Assembly (NCBI GenBank): GCA_963737155.1
Contig: CAVTRN010000002.1
Location: 1,024,001-1,088,000, forward strand
Direction of reading: 5' to 3'
Length of the DNA stretch: 64,000 bases
Source of the DNA: Nitrospirota bacterium
GTDB taxonomy: Bacteria; Nitrospirota; UBA9217
Shown here piece by piece: positions 40,860 through 51,947 of this stretch. Numbering within the stretch: position 1 is the first letter of the stretch; every line of letters starts with the position of its first letter. The notes below the pieces were generated by a model that did no database searches, was not told the DNA's origin, and saw nothing but the letters and a program-made list of their open reading frames with translations. The position numbers and the translations under genes were made by a program.

Positions 40860-42035
40860 ATGCGCGAGCAGTTCGGCAGGATCAAGAGACTGCCGCCTTA
40901 TGTTTTTGCGATTGTCAACACAATGAAAATTGAAGCCCGCAGACGGGGTGAGGACATCATCGATCTCGGCATGGGCAATCCTGATCAGGGGACCCCACAG
41001 CATATTGTTGATAAATTGATTGAGGCAGCCCAAAATCCGAAGAACCACCGCTATTCCGCGTCCAAGGGCATCACTAAATTACGTGCCGCGGTCTGTGACT
41101 GGTACAAACGCCGATTTGATGTTGATCTTGACCCTGAAACGGAAGCGGTCGTAACAATCGGGTCCAAGGAAGGGTTGTCCCACTTGGCGCTTGCCACGGT
41201 CGAGCCGGGCGATGTGGTGCTAACTACGACGCCGGCCTACCCTATTCATCCCTATGCCGTGATTATCGCCGGCGGCGAGGTGCGATCCATTCCGCTCGGG
41301 AAGGACAGAGACTTTCTGTCCGACATGCAGGAAGCTTATAAGAACACTTGGCCGCGGCCCAAAATGCTGATCATCAATTTTCCGAACAATCCTACGACTG
41401 CGGTTGCGGATTTGGCGTTCTTCCAGGGGATTGCGGATTTTGCTCGGGAAAATGACATGATTGTGGTCCATGACCTGGCCTACGCTGACCTGAATTTCGA
41501 CGGATACCGGGCGCCAAGCTTTCTCCAGGCAAAAGGTGCGAAGGATGTCGGCGTGGAATTCTTCAGTCTCACCAAGAGCTATAATATGGCAGGCTGGCGC
41601 GTGGGATTCTGCTGCGGCAACAGGGAGGTTGTCGGCGCCCTGATCAAGATCAAGAGCTACCTGGATTACGGCATGTTCCAGCCCATTCAGATTGCATCGA
41701 TCATTGCTCTCAACGGGCCCCAGGAGTGCGTAAAGGAAATATCGGACATGTACCAGTCCCGCCGGGATGTCCTCATCGATGGGCTGGAAAAGGGGGGTTG
41801 GAGAATAGAGAAACCCAAGGCCACCATGTTCGTCTGGGCCGAGATTCCCGAGCCGTTCAGGAAAATGGGGTCCCTTGAATTTTCGAAATATCTCATTAAA
41901 GAAGCAAAAGTCGCCGTATCACCGGGCGTCGGATTCGGCGAGTACGGCGACGGCTATGTGCGGTTCGCGCTCATTGAAAACGAACACCGCCTGCGCCAGT
42001 CGGCAAAAGGTATCAAACAGGCCTTAAGTAAATAA
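40860..42035 (+). CDS. PLP-dependent class I/II aminotransferase (AlaC / LL-DAP aminotransferase-like)
   Basis: [41 protein letters not shown]. Confidence 0.92.
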   Translation: MREQFGRIKRLPPYVFAIVNTMKIEARRRGEDIIDLGMGNPDQGTPQHIVDKLIEAAQNPKNHRYSASKGITKLRAAVCDWYKRRFDVDLDPETEAVVTIGSKEGLSHLALATVEPGDVVLTTTPAYPIHPYAVIIAGGEVRSIPLGKDRDFLSDMQEAYKNTWPRPKMLIINFPNNPTTAVADLAFFQGIADFARENDMIVVHDLAYADLNFDGYRAPSFLQAKGAKDVGVEFFSLTKSYNMAGWRVGFCCGNREVVGALIKIKSYLDYGMFQPIQIASIIALNGPQECVKEISDMYQSRRDVLIDGLEKGGWRIEKPKATMFVWAEIPEPFRKMGSLEFSKYLIKEAKVAVSPGVGFGEYGDGYVRFALIENEHRLRQSAKGIKQALSK

Positions 42036-42127
42036 CAGGTGCATGGGACAGGGGGCAAGGGTCGCAGATAGGCATTATTCATGGTCACGAACCCTTGACT
42101 CGTGACCCGAACTTGAACGGGGAAAGC

Positions 42128-43444
42128 ATGATTTTGAATAAACCAATCAACGTTGGCATCATCGGATTCGGCATCGTGGGTGCGGGAACGGCCCGAATCC
42201 TTGTAGAGAATGCGGAGATTATCCGGAGAAGGCTTGGCGCGCCTGTTGTGTTGAAAGCAATATCTGATCTCGACATCAAGCGCGACCGTGGTATCAAGCT
42301 CGATGGCGTGAAGCTTACGACCCGTGCACAGGATATTTTCACTGATCCCGAGATAGACATCGTTGTAGAACTCATCGGAGGATATAAGCCCGCCAGGGAG
42401 TTCATTCTCGAAGCGATCAGGAATAAAAAACACGTGGTGACCGCGAATAAGGCGCTCCTTGCAGTTCACGGCGAGGAAATCTACACTGCCGCGGAAAAGG
42501 CAGGCGTGACGCTGGGATATGAAGCATCGGTGGCCGGAGGAATTCCTATCCTGGCTGCTGTCAGGAGCGGACTTGCTGCAAACAACATTAAGTCCATTTA
42601 TGGAATCGTAAATGGGACCTGCAATTACATCCTGACGCTCATGACGAACGAAGGAAGGAAGTTCGACGAGGTGTTGAAGGAGGCCCAGGCCAAGGGCTAT
42701 GCCGAGGCGGACCCGTCCTTCGACATCGAAGGCATCGACTCGGCGCACAAACTGGCTGTTCTTGCCATGCTCGTTTTCGGCACGCCAGTCAAATTTGAGG
42801 ACATCTATACGGAAGGCATCTCACAGATCACACCGCTCGATATCGATTTCGCACGGGACTTGGGCTACAAGATCAAGCTCCTGGCAATCACCAAAATAGT
42901 CGATGGCGAGATCGAAGCGAGGGTGCATCCGACGATGCTGCCGGAGAACTATCCCATTGCCACCGTCGATGGAGTATTTAACGCGCTTGCAGTTGTGGGC
43001 GACGCGGTGGGATCTACCATGTTCTACGGTCGGGGCGCGGGAGACTTGCCTACAGGCAGTGCCGTGGTGAGTGATATCATTGAGATCGGGAGGGACATTC
43101 TCGCTGGCTGCGCCAACCGGGCGCCTGTGACGGCGTTCCGGGATCGGAAACAGCTTGCCATCAGAAAGATGGACCACATAATGTCGTGCTATTATCTCCG
43201 GTTCTCGGCGCTCGATAAACCGGGTGTGCTGTCTCGGATCACTGGAGTGCTCGGAAAGAATAATATTAGCATCTCATCGATGATACAGAAGGGACGCCAG
43301 GTGGATGAGGCCGTTCCAATCGTGATGATGACTCATGATGCTGTAGAGCTGGATGTCCGCAAGGCGCTGGATGAAATCAAGACCTTGGACTGTGTCGCCG
43401 GAACGGCGGTCGTCATCAGAGTGGAAGAGGGAAAGCAGGGATGA
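42128..43444 (+). CDS. hom: Homoserine dehydrogenase with C-terminal ACT domain
   Basis: GFGIVG, VVTANK, EASVAGGIP, GIVNGTCNY, GYAEADP, DKPGVL. Confidence 0.96.
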   Translation: MILNKPINVGIIGFGIVGAGTARILVENAEIIRRRLGAPVVLKAISDLDIKRDRGIKLDGVKLTTRAQDIFTDPEIDIVVELIGGYKPAREFILEAIRNKKHVVTANKALLAVHGEEIYTAAEKAGVTLGYEASVAGGIPILAAVRSGLAANNIKSIYGIVNGTCNYILTLMTNEGRKFDEVLKEAQAKGYAEADPSFDIEGIDSAHKLAVLAMLVFGTPVKFEDIYTEGISQITPLDIDFARDLGYKIKLLAITKIVDGEIEARVHPTMLPENYPIATVDGVFNALAVVGDAVGSTMFYGRGAGDLPTGSAVVSDIIEIGRDILAGCANRAPVTAFRDRKQLAIRKMDHIMSCYYLRFSALDKPGVLSRITGVLGKNNISISSMIQKGRQVDEAVPIVMMTHDAVELDVRKALDEIKTLDCVAGTAVVIRVEEGKQG

Positions 43445-43448
43445 CATT

Positions 43449-43706
43449 ATGAGCGAAGAGATCAAAGCTGACACAATGATCGATATAAAGGGGCAGGTCT
43501 GTCCCTACACCTTTGTCCGATCAAAACTGACTATTGAAAAAATGAAACTCGGCGAGGTGCTCGAAATCGTGACCGACCACAAACCTGCGTCGGAGAATGT
43601 CCCCAGGAGCATGGAGAATGAGGGACAGAAGGTCTTGAAAATAGACCAGACCGGGGAAAAAGAGTGGCACATCTTTGTTCGCAAGGACAAAGAGAAGAAA
43701 AAATAA
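43449..43706 (+). CDS. tusA: TusA-family sulfurtransferase
   Basis: IDIKGQVCPY, GEVLEIVTD. Confidence 0.88.
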   Translation: MSEEIKADTMIDIKGQVCPYTFVRSKLTIEKMKLGEVLEIVTDHKPASENVPRSMENEGQKVLKIDQTGEKEWHIFVRKDKEKKK

Positions 43707-43824
43707 GATTGTTACAAGCACGGCTGAATGCGGATTAAGAGACAAACTGTGGAAGGGGTTTTTTACCGTATGTATCCCTCTGTTTCTGAAGCGCAGGGAG
43801 CCGTGGTTATGGATATGGGTTACT

Positions 43825-44628
43825 ATGGACTTTACCGAAGATCAAATACTGCGTTACAGCAGGCATATCCTGCTCCCTGAAGTAGGTGGCGATGGGCAGG
43901 AGAAACTCCTGCAGGCAAAGGTTGTGCTGGTGGGGGCTGGCGGCCTCGGTTCACCGGTTGGATACTATCTTGCCGCGGCAGGAGTCGGGACCATTGGTGT
44001 GATAGACAACGACCGCGTGGAGATGTCGAACCTACAGCGCCAGATCGCTCACAACACGAGCAGACTCGGGATGTCCAAGGCCGATTCCGCGAAAGAGACG
44101 TATGAGACGTTGAACCACGATGTGAAGGTTATTACGCACAAAGAGCGGCTGTCGTCAAAGAACATTTTGGACATCATCCGGGACTACGAAATTGTAGTGG
44201 ACGGGAGCGATAACTTTCCCACTCGCTACCTCGTGAACGACGCCTGCGTGATGCTCAAAAAAACGCTCGTGAGTGCGGCTGTTTTCCGGTTCGAGGGGCA
44301 GGTGATGACCATTTTCCCAGGTTCGGGCCCCTGCTATCGATGCCTGTTCGAGGTTCCGCCGCCGCCCGGCATGGTGCCATCCTGCCAGGAGGCGGGTATT
44401 CTGGGTGTGGTAACTGGCGTGATCGGAACAATCCAGGCAACGGAAGTCGTCAAGACAATCCTCGGCATCGGTCATCCGCTGAAGGGAAGGCTTCTCTTGT
44501 GGAACGCGCTTGACATGAATTTCCGTATCGTGAAGGTGCCTCGGAACAGGGAATGCCCGGTTTGCGGCGAACACGCAACGATAAAAGAACTGATCGATTA
44601 TGAACAGTTCTGCTCCATGAGCCACTAA
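43825..44628 (+). CDS. moeB: ThiF/MoeB-family adenylyltransferase
   Basis: RYSRHI, GAGGLG, SNLQRQ, DNFPTRY, CYRC, CPVC; no rhodanese domain. Confidence 0.92.
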   Translation: MDFTEDQILRYSRHILLPEVGGDGQEKLLQAKVVLVGAGGLGSPVGYYLAAAGVGTIGVIDNDRVEMSNLQRQIAHNTSRLGMSKADSAKETYETLNHDVKVITHKERLSSKNILDIIRDYEIVVDGSDNFPTRYLVNDACVMLKKTLVSAAVFRFEGQVMTIFPGSGPCYRCLFEVPPPPGMVPSCQEAGILGVVTGVIGTIQATEVVKTILGIGHPLKGRLLLWNALDMNFRIVKVPRNRECPVCGEHATIKELIDYEQFCSMSH

Positions 44629-44733
44629 AGGCTGTGCACGGCTGTGCATTGCTAGTCCGGTGGATACGGGATTTCCTCGACACCGGACCTTAGCGATGCC
44701 ACTGACCGGAACGAGAGCCGAGGTCCTTTCTCC

Positions 44734-45150
44734 ATGTTGACGATACAAAGGGCCGATGTCCAGGCGATATTTGACCACTGCAATCGCGAGTATCCGAATG
44801 AAGCGTGCGGGATTCTTGCCGGCAGAGGAACCACTGTTGAAAAAGTCTATTCGCTGACGAGCGAAAATCCGAGCCCGACGTTTTATCAGATAGAAGCCCA
44901 AGAGCAATTCCGGGTCCTCAGGGAGATGAGGGACACGGGAAGGGAATTGGTCGGCATCTATCACTCCCATCCCGCCGGAAGGGCATATCCGTCTTCAACG
45001 GATGTGGAGTTGGCGTTCTATCCGGAAGCCGTGTACGTTATTGTTTCACTTATCGAGCGAAAGGATCCGTGCGTGAAAGGGTATACCATCATCGACGGGA
45101 AGGTGACGGAAGTTTCGTTGAACATTACTGTGGAGGAGCATCAACAGTGA
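44734..45150 (+). CDS. JAB/JAMM (M67) metallopeptidase, Mec+/HcyD-like
   Basis: PNEACG, IYHSHP....PSSTD JAMM motif. Confidence 0.92.
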   Translation: MLTIQRADVQAIFDHCNREYPNEACGILAGRGTTVEKVYSLTSENPSPTFYQIEAQEQFRVLREMRDTGRELVGIYHSHPAGRAYPSSTDVELAFYPEAVYVIVSLIERKDPCVKGYTIIDGKVTEVSLNITVEEHQQ

Positions 45151-46379
45151 CCTTTGTCAAGGGACTCCGGTGCGTGGAGTGTGGCAGGGAATATAAGTGC
45201 GAACCCCTCTACGTATGCGAGTTCTGCTTCGGTCCGCTTGAAGTCGACTACGACTACGCACGGATCAGGAAGGATATGACAAAGCAAAAGATCGAGTCGC
45301 GTCCCTGTAATATGTGGCGCTATCGTGAACTTCTGCCTGTCGACGGTGACCCGGTCACGGGTTTCGATTCCGGTTTCACGCCACTGGTGAAGGTTCGGAA
45401 CTTGGCCGAAGCATGGGGCGTAAAAGAAATTTATCTTAAAGACGATTCAGTGAACCACCCGACGTTGTCATTCAAGGACCGTGTTGTCGCGGTGGCTGTA
45501 ACGAAAGCCAGGGAATTCGGTTTTGACACCGTTGCCTGCGCATCGACTGGCAACCTGGCGAATTCCCTTGCGGCTTTGTCTGCTCGGGCAGGCATGAAAC
45601 GGTTTATCTTCACGCCGTCGAACCTGGAATATTCGAAGACCATCGGTTCACTGATTTATAAGCCAAATCTGGTTATGGTGGATGGCGCCTACGATGAGGT
45701 TAACCGGCTTTGCTCCGAAATTGCGGATAAATATCGATGGGCCTTTGTGAATATCAACCTGCGGCCTTTCTATGGCGAGGGTTCGAAGTCCATGGGTTTC
45801 GAGATTGCTGAACAGCTGGGCTGGAAAACACCGGACAATATTGTGGTACCCAATGCAAGCGGATCTCTCTTAACGAAGCTCTGGAAGTCATTTAAAGAAC
45901 TGGAAACAATCGGGCTCGTCCCGGCCGTCAAGACCCGGGTATTCGCCGCACAGGCCGCCGGCTGTAATCCAATCATAACGGCCATCAGGGAAGGAAGCGA
46001 CATCATCAGGCCGGTGAAACCTCGGACCATCGCACGATCGATCTCCATCGGAAACCCGGCTGACGGCTATTACGCCGCAAAAGTAACCAGGGACTCCGGC
46101 GGATACGGTTCCGATGCAACGGATGAGGAGATTGTGGACACGATACAGAGTCTTGCCGAGACTGAGGGGATGTTTGTGGAGCCCGCGTGTGGCGCGACCG
46201 TGGCGGTGGCCAAAAAGCTTGTGGACTCGGGCCGGATAAATAGGGACGGGACACTCGTTCTCTGCATCACTGGCAACGGGCTTAAGACCGCCGAGGCAAT
46301 CGCGGACCGGCTCACGATGCCGGTGCCGATAAAACCGAACATTGAGTCTTTCGAGGAACTGATGAAGAAAATCCACTAG
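45147..46379 (+). CDS. Threonine synthase-family PLP enzyme (ThrC-like; possibly homocysteine-forming MetM-like)
   Basis: N-terminal CxxC..Cxx[36 protein letters not shown]; GTG start overlaps the JAB stop. Confidence 0.9.
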   Translation: MTFVKGLRCVECGREYKCEPLYVCEFCFGPLEVDYDYARIRKDMTKQKIESRPCNMWRYRELLPVDGDPVTGFDSGFTPLVKVRNLAEAWGVKEIYLKDDSVNHPTLSFKDRVVAVAVTKAREFGFDTVACASTGNLANSLAALSARAGMKRFIFTPSNLEYSKTIGSLIYKPNLVMVDGAYDEVNRLCSEIADKYRWAFVNINLRPFYGEGSKSMGFEIAEQLGWKTPDNIVVPNASGSLLTKLWKSFKELETIGLVPAVKTRVFAAQAAGCNPIITAIREGSDIIRPVKPRTIARSISIGNPADGYYAAKVTRDSGGYGSDATDEEIVDTIQSLAETEGMFVEPACGATVAVAKKLVDSGRINRDGTLVLCITGNGLKTAEAIADRLTMPVPIKPNIESFEELMKKIH

Positions 46380-46488
46380 TTACTTCAACACAGGCATCGC
46401 GGAGCAACGATTCATGCTGACCGTTGTAGAACTCGGTGACGCGTGCCCGGTTTTAAAATACGTTTTCTCTCGTCTAGGAGGAGCGACC

Positions 46489-46767
46489 ATGTCGATTAAA
46501 GTGAGAATCCCCACACCGCTGCAAAAACTCACCGGCGGAAAAGCTGAGGTGGAATGCGACGCAAAAAATGTTTTAGAGCTTGTCGATGTTCTTGAGAAGG
46601 ATTACCCCGGGATAAAAGAACGGCTGTCGGACGGCGGGAAGATCCGGCGGTTCATCAATATTTACGTGAATGAAGAGGATATCCGCTTCATGAACAAGGA
46701 AGAAACAACACTCAAAGACGGGGATAGTATTTCCATCGTTCCCGCCATTGCAGGCGGACGCTGTTAA
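46489..46767 (+). CDS. MoaD/ThiS/CysO-like sulfur carrier protein with C-terminal extension
   Basis: [28 protein letters not shown]. Confidence 0.92.
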   Translation: MSIKVRIPTPLQKLTGGKAEVECDAKNVLELVDVLEKDYPGIKERLSDGGKIRRFINIYVNEEDIRFMNKEETTLKDGDSISIVPAIAGGRC

Positions 46768-46873
46768 TGCCCACATCCGCAATCAGAGGCTGGATCGCGT
46801 AGACGAAGCTTTTTTGGCAGGTGTTGTCTTTTTCACCGTCTACGCTGCGGCACCGCGGACTTCAGGAGGGAGC

Positions 46874-47119
46874 ATGGCGACAAAAAGGGTCAAGTTGACG
46901 TTTCCGCAGGAACTGATCAAGGAGCCCATCATTTTCACCATGGCGAGGCAGTTCAATATAATGCCGAACATCCGCAGCGCCAAGGTCACTGAAAGCGTGG
47001 GCGAGGTTATGCTGGAACTTGATGGCGAAGAGAATGAACTTGCGGCTGGCATCGCCTATCTCAAGGAGCGCGGCGTCAAGGTAGATGCTGGCGAAGGTGG
47101 TGATCCGGCAGGTTCTTGA
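46874..47119 (+). CDS. Stand-alone NIL domain protein
   Basis: KLTFP..LIKEPII..MARQFNIMPNIRSAKV....GE..LELDG. Confidence 0.82.
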   Translation: MATKRVKLTFPQELIKEPIIFTMARQFNIMPNIRSAKVTESVGEVMLELDGEENELAAGIAYLKERGVKVDAGEGGDPAGS

Positions 47120-47202
47120 GACGAAGTTGATGGTGGTGAAGGGGCGTGGCGATTCGGTTCGAGTGAAGCCGGACTCAGGGAGCCTGGACTGCAATTATCT
47201 AT

Positions 47203-48447
47203 ATGAAATATATCATTTTACTCGGTGATGGAATGGCTGACCGGCCCAATGTGGAACTTGGCGGCAAGACGTGCCTGCAGGCAGCAAAGACGCCGAACCT
47301 CGACCGGCTGGCGACAGCAGGAAAAATCGGCATGGTGCACACTGTGCCCGAAGGGTATCCGCCGGGCAGCGATGTCGCAAACCTTACGGTCATGGGATAT
47401 GATCCGAGAAAGTACTACACGGGCCGCTCCCCCCTCGAGGCCGCTAGCATCGGTGTGGATCTGAGGCCCGATGATGTCGCTTTTCGATGCAATCTGGTGA
47501 CACTGCGCATCACCGGCGGCAAGGAAACCATGTGGGGCAAAGCGCGGAATGCGATCATGGAGGACTTTAGCGCCGGCCACATCACCACGCAGGAGGCAAG
47601 ACTGCTGATCGAAGAGATCGACCGGAAACTCGGTACAGACCGGATACGCTTCTACCCCGGGGTCAGCTATCGCCACCTTATGGTATGGAAGGGCGGCAAG
47701 GACAGGCTTGAGTGCACACCTCCTCATGACATCCAGGACAAGGACATACGGGACTATCTTCCGCGGGGAGACGGTGATGAGACGATCAATGCCTTGATGG
47801 TGGAATCACTGGATGTTCTGGCGGGTCATTCCGTGAACAGAACAAGAATCGAGAACGGTAAGCGACCGGCGAATAGCATCTGGCTTTGGGGACAAGGCAA
47901 GAGACCGAGCATGCCGACGTTCCGGGAAAAGTACGGCATCGAAGGAGCCATGATTTCGGCAGTCGATCTCACCAAGGGGATCGGCATTTACGCGGGGTTC
48001 GAAGTGGTCAATGTGCCGGGAGCGACGGGCTGGCTTGATACGAACTACGTGGGCAAGGCCGAACATGCGCTGTGGGCGCTCAAGACCAAGGACTTCGTTT
48101 ATGTCCATGTTGAAGCCCCCGACGAAGCCGGCCACAGCGGTGATCTCAAGAACAAGATAAAAGCCATCGAGGACTTCGATGAGTTCATCGTGGGCAACAT
48201 TATACACGGCATGAAGCAGTTCGATGAGTACCGCATCATGGTGCTGCCAGACCACCCGACGCCGATTGAGATCAGAACTCACTCGAATGAACCAGTCCCT
48301 TTCATTATTTACGATAATACCCGTGAACGCAACGGAGAGCCGGTTAGCTATGACGAACGGATAGGAGAGCGGAAAGATGCTCTCGATTTTAAAGAGGGCT
48401 ATCAGCTAATGGACTATTTTTTGAGCGGAGCGCATGGAGTAGCATAG
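47203..48447 (+). CDS. apgM: ApgM-family cofactor-independent phosphoglycerate mutase (proposed homoserine kinase subgroup)
   Basis: [41 protein letters not shown]. Confidence 0.9.
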   Translation: MKYIILLGDGMADRPNVELGGKTCLQAAKTPNLDRLATAGKIGMVHTVPEGYPPGSDVANLTVMGYDPRKYYTGRSPLEAASIGVDLRPDDVAFRCNLVTLRITGGKETMWGKARNAIMEDFSAGHITTQEARLLIEEIDRKLGTDRIRFYPGVSYRHLMVWKGGKDRLECTPPHDIQDKDIRDYLPRGDGDETINALMVESLDVLAGHSVNRTRIENGKRPANSIWLWGQGKRPSMPTFREKYGIEGAMISAVDLTKGIGIYAGFEVVNVPGATGWLDTNYVGKAEHALWALKTKDFVYVHVEAPDEAGHSGDLKNKIKAIEDFDEFIVGNIIHGMKQFDEYRIMVLPDHPTPIEIRTHSNEPVPFIIYDNTRERNGEPVSYDERIGERKDALDFKEGYQLMDYFLSGAHGVA

Positions 48448-48532
48448 CGCGGAGAGCACAGGGCCTTGTCATCTCTTTCTGCACCTCGCGCTCCTTGCAC
48501 TTTGCCGATTGATACAATTTGGAGGAAATAGG

Positions 48533-49756
48533 GTGCTCATAGTTCAGAAATACGGCGGCACATCGGTTGGAAATTCCGAGCGGATCAAGAATGTGGCAAA
48601 GCGTGTCGTCAAGACCAGGGAAGAAGGCAACGATGTCGTAGTTGTTGTTTCCGCCATGAGCGGCGAAACTGACAAACTTATCAATCTGGCGAACCAGGTG
48701 AGCGAGAACCCCGACCCGCGCGAAATGGACATGCTGGTATCCACAGGAGAAAGGGTGACGATTGCGCTTCTGGCGATGGCGATCCAGGCGATGGGGCACA
48801 AGGCGCAATCCTTTACAGGCCGGCAGGCTGGCATCATTTGCGACAACGTCCACACCAAGGCGCGCATCGAAAAGATCACCGGCGAGCGGCTCAAACATGC
48901 TCTGAAGGAAGGGAAAATTGCCGTCGTTGCCGGTTTTCAGGGGATCACGGAAGCGTCTGACGACGTCACGACGCTGGGCCGCGGCGGATCGGACCTTTCG
49001 GCCGTCGCTGTTGCGGCAGCGCTCAAAGCCGATGTATGCGATATCTATACAGATGTGGACGGGGTCTATACAACTGACCCGAACATGGTGCTGCAAGCAA
49101 GAAAGCTCGATAAGATTTCGTATGACGAGATGCTTGAACTGGCGAGCCTCGGGGCCAAGGTGCTCCAGACCCGCTCAGTCGAGTTCGCAAAAAAATACAA
49201 TGTACCGGTAAGGGTGCTCTCGAGTTTTAACGACAATCCGGGAACCCTTGTTACCAAGGAGGATTCCGATATGGAGAAGGTGGTGGTTTCCGGCGTGGCA
49301 TATGACAAAAACCAGGTAAAGGTAACGATCCAGGGTGTGCCGGACAAGCCCGGAGTCGCTGCAAAAATATTCAACACCATTTCCGATAACAATGTGGTGG
49401 TGGACATGATCATCCAGAATATCGGGGAGGGGGGCCTTACGGATATGTCCTTTACCGTGCCTAAAACCGATTCCAAAAAAATTCTGGAGGTCATGAAGAA
49501 GGTGCTGGCCGAGATTGGCGCGAAAAACGTGAATATCAAGGAAGACATTGCCAAGATCTCGATCGTCGGCGTAGGCATGCGCTCCCATTCTGGTGTGGCT
49601 GCCAAGATGTTTTCGGCCTTGGCGCAAGAGGGGATCAACATCATGATGATTAGCACGTCGGAAATCAAGATCTCCTGCGTGATCGACGCAAAGTACACGG
49701 AGCTTGCGGTGCGGGTGCTTCACGAAGCCTTTGAGATGGACAAGGCAGCGAAATAA
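48533..49756 (+). CDS. lysC: Aspartate kinase
   Basis: [22 protein letters not shown], two ACT domains. Confidence 0.97.
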   Translation: MLIVQKYGGTSVGNSERIKNVAKRVVKTREEGNDVVVVVSAMSGETDKLINLANQVSENPDPREMDMLVSTGERVTIALLAMAIQAMGHKAQSFTGRQAGIICDNVHTKARIEKITGERLKHALKEGKIAVVAGFQGITEASDDVTTLGRGGSDLSAVAVAAALKADVCDIYTDVDGVYTTDPNMVLQARKLDKISYDEMLELASLGAKVLQTRSVEFAKKYNVPVRVLSSFNDNPGTLVTKEDSDMEKVVVSGVAYDKNQVKVTIQGVPDKPGVAAKIFNTISDNNVVVDMIIQNIGEGGLTDMSFTVPKTDSKKILEVMKKVLAEIGAKNVNIKEDIAKISIVGVGMRSHSGVAAKMFSALAQEGINIMMISTSEIKISCVIDAKYTELAVRVLHEAFEMDKAAK

Positions 49757-49833
49757 ATGCAAGAGTCAGGCGTCGGAGTCATGCTCTTACCTGAGTGCTG
49801 GATTTCGGTTTTCCATCATGATACCAGGATTCT

Positions 49834-51429
49834 ATGAAATCAAAAGTGCAATTATACGATACCACGCTGCGTGATGGCGCCCAGGCCGAGGATGTAAACT
49901 TCTCGGTCGAGGACATGATCCGCGTTGCGCGCAAACTGGACCAGTTCGGCGTCCATTATATCGAGGGGGGATGGCCCGGCTCAAACCCACGAGACGTCGA
50001 ATTTTTTAAACAGATGCGGCATGTCAAGCTGAAGCGGGCGAAACTTGTGGCCTTCGGCGCAACGAGGCGGGCGAAGCTCAAGGCATCGAAAGACCCCAGT
50101 CTGAAAGCCCTCGTTGCATCCGGCGCCTCTGCGGCCACGATATACGGCAAAAGCTGGGATCTGCACGTTCTCAAGGCGCTCAAAACGACGCCTGATGAGA
50201 ATCTCCGCATGATTGGTGATTCGGTGGTGTTTCTCAAAAAGAGCATGAAGGAAGTGTTCTATGATGCCGAGCACTTCTTCGACGGATTCAAGGCAAATCC
50301 TGAGTATGCTATGGAAACGTTGCTTGCGGCCGAAGCCGCGGGAGCCAACTGTCTCATCCTGTGTGATACGAACGGCGGTACTCTGCCTCATGATCTTGAA
50401 GCAATCATCGCGTCGGTCAAGTCGGTGATTACCACGCCATTCGGCATCCACGCCCACAATGACTCCGAGCTCGCAGTGGCGAATTCACTTGCTGCGATCC
50501 GATTGGGCGCGATGCAGGTACACGGCACAATGAACGGATACGGAGAGCGTTGCGGAAACGCGAACCTCTGTTCCCTGATCCCGGCGTTCAAGCTCAAGTT
50601 GGGCATCGATTGCATCTCCAATGCGAACCTGGCGAAGCTGCGAGATGTTTCCCGGTACGTGGATGAACTGGCGAACCTTCCACACCGGAAGCGTCAGCCC
50701 TATATTGGCGACAGCGCCTTCGCTCACAAAGCAGGTGTTCATGTGGATGCCGTAACGAAAAATCCGCTTACCTATGAGCATATCATCCCGGAGTTGGTGG
50801 GGAACAGGCGGCGCATTCTCGTTTCGGATCTTGCGGGCAGGAGCAATATCCTCCAGAAAGCTGCGGAATTAGGGATCCCCCTGACCAAGGACAGCCCGGA
50901 ACTGACCTCCATCCTCAGTAAAGTTAAGGAACTCGAGCATGAGGGATATGAGTTCGAAGGCGCTGAAGGTTCGCTGGAGCTGCTTATGTTGCGGGCTGGG
51001 CGCAGTTACGAATCGGTGTTCAATATGTTCGATAGAATCGACTATCGCATTCTCACGGAGAAACGGAAGGTCGACCCCCATCCGGTGAGTGAGGCGACCA
51101 TTACTGTGGAGGTCGGAGGGAATGTTGAACATACGGCGGCTTGGGGCAATGGTCCAGTGAATGCCCTGGACAAGGCACTGCGCAAGGTGCTGCCGAAATA
51201 CTTTCCCGGCAAGGGGCTTGAGAATATACAACTTCTGGATTACAAGGTCCGCGTGTTGACTGCCGCAGAAGGCACGGCGGCCCAGGTGCGGGTGCTGATT
51301 GAGTCCGGAGATGGCAAGAACCGGTGGGGGACCGTTGGCGTGTCCGAGAATGTGATCGAGGCGAGCTGGCAGGCGCTGGTGGACAGCATCGAGTATAAGC
51401 TGCTGAGATCGTCGCGAAGAAGCAGGTAG
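49834..51429 (+). CDS. cimA: Citramalate synthase
   Basis: YDTTLRDGAQ, EGGWPGSNP, DAEHFFDG, HAHND, GERCGNANL. Confidence 0.92.
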   Translation: MKSKVQLYDTTLRDGAQAEDVNFSVEDMIRVARKLDQFGVHYIEGGWPGSNPRDVEFFKQMRHVKLKRAKLVAFGATRRAKLKASKDPSLKALVASGASAATIYGKSWDLHVLKALKTTPDENLRMIGDSVVFLKKSMKEVFYDAEHFFDGFKANPEYAMETLLAAEAAGANCLILCDTNGGTLPHDLEAIIASVKSVITTPFGIHAHNDSELAVANSLAAIRLGAMQVHGTMNGYGERCGNANLCSLIPAFKLKLGIDCISNANLAKLRDVSRYVDELANLPHRKRQPYIGDSAFAHKAGVHVDAVTKNPLTYEHIIPELVGNRRRILVSDLAGRSNILQKAAELGIPLTKDSPELTSILSKVKELEHEGYEFEGAEGSLELLMLRAGRSYESVFNMFDRIDYRILTEKRKVDPHPVSEATITVEVGGNVEHTAAWGNGPVNALDKALRKVLPKYFPGKGLENIQLLDYKVRVLTAAEGTAAQVRVLIESGDGKNRWGTVGVSENVIEASWQALVDSIEYKLLRSSRRSR

Positions 51430-51478
51430 TTCAGGATGAGGATGGTTCGCCGCCCCGGATTGTGGGCGTTTGCGAGGT

Positions 51479-51913
51479 ATGCGTATGATTGAAGAAGAAG
51501 GCGTAGTGGCCGAGATTGAAGGAAACAACGCCAAAGTGGCTATACTGAAAAAAAGTGCCTGTGAACAGTGCGCGGTCTCGGGTGTCTGTCATCCTGGCGA
51601 CCAGGAATACCTGGAGGCCGCCAATCCGCTGGGCGCCTTGAAGGGCCAGAAAGTCAAGGTCGCCCTTGCACCGCAGGTCTATCTGAAGGCTTCGATCATT
51701 TTGTATGGCATACCTATGACGGCGCTTATCGCCGGCGCCATCATAGCCAAGATTATCGCGCTCCCCTACGTCGGTGATGTCCGTTCCGATTTCTGGGCAT
51801 TCATCGTTGGTGCGTTCTGTACTTTCGTATCGTTTTTATTTCTCCGGTTTTATAACAAAAAAGTTGAAAAGACTCAGAAGTATAAACCTGTGATTGTTGA
51901 GATCCTTGTCTGA
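51479..51913 (+). CDS. RseC/MucC family protein
   Basis: IEEEGVV, KSACEQC....C, LYGIP, two TM segments. Confidence 0.85.
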   Translation: MRMIEEEGVVAEIEGNNAKVAILKKSACEQCAVSGVCHPGDQEYLEAANPLGALKGQKVKVALAPQVYLKASIILYGIPMTALIAGAIIAKIIALPYVGDVRSDFWAFIVGAFCTFVSFLFLRFYNKKVEKTQKYKPVIVEILV

Positions 51914-51947
51914 TGAGCGATCGCATGACGGCAATGGAGCCCTACGT

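Noticed and set aside
43825-46767. E1 + JAB + ubiquitin-like genes as an antiphage ubiquitination system (CBASS/Bil-type)
   Set aside because: No E2, cyclase or effector; context is amino-acid biosynthesis, so sulfur transfer is the simpler explanation
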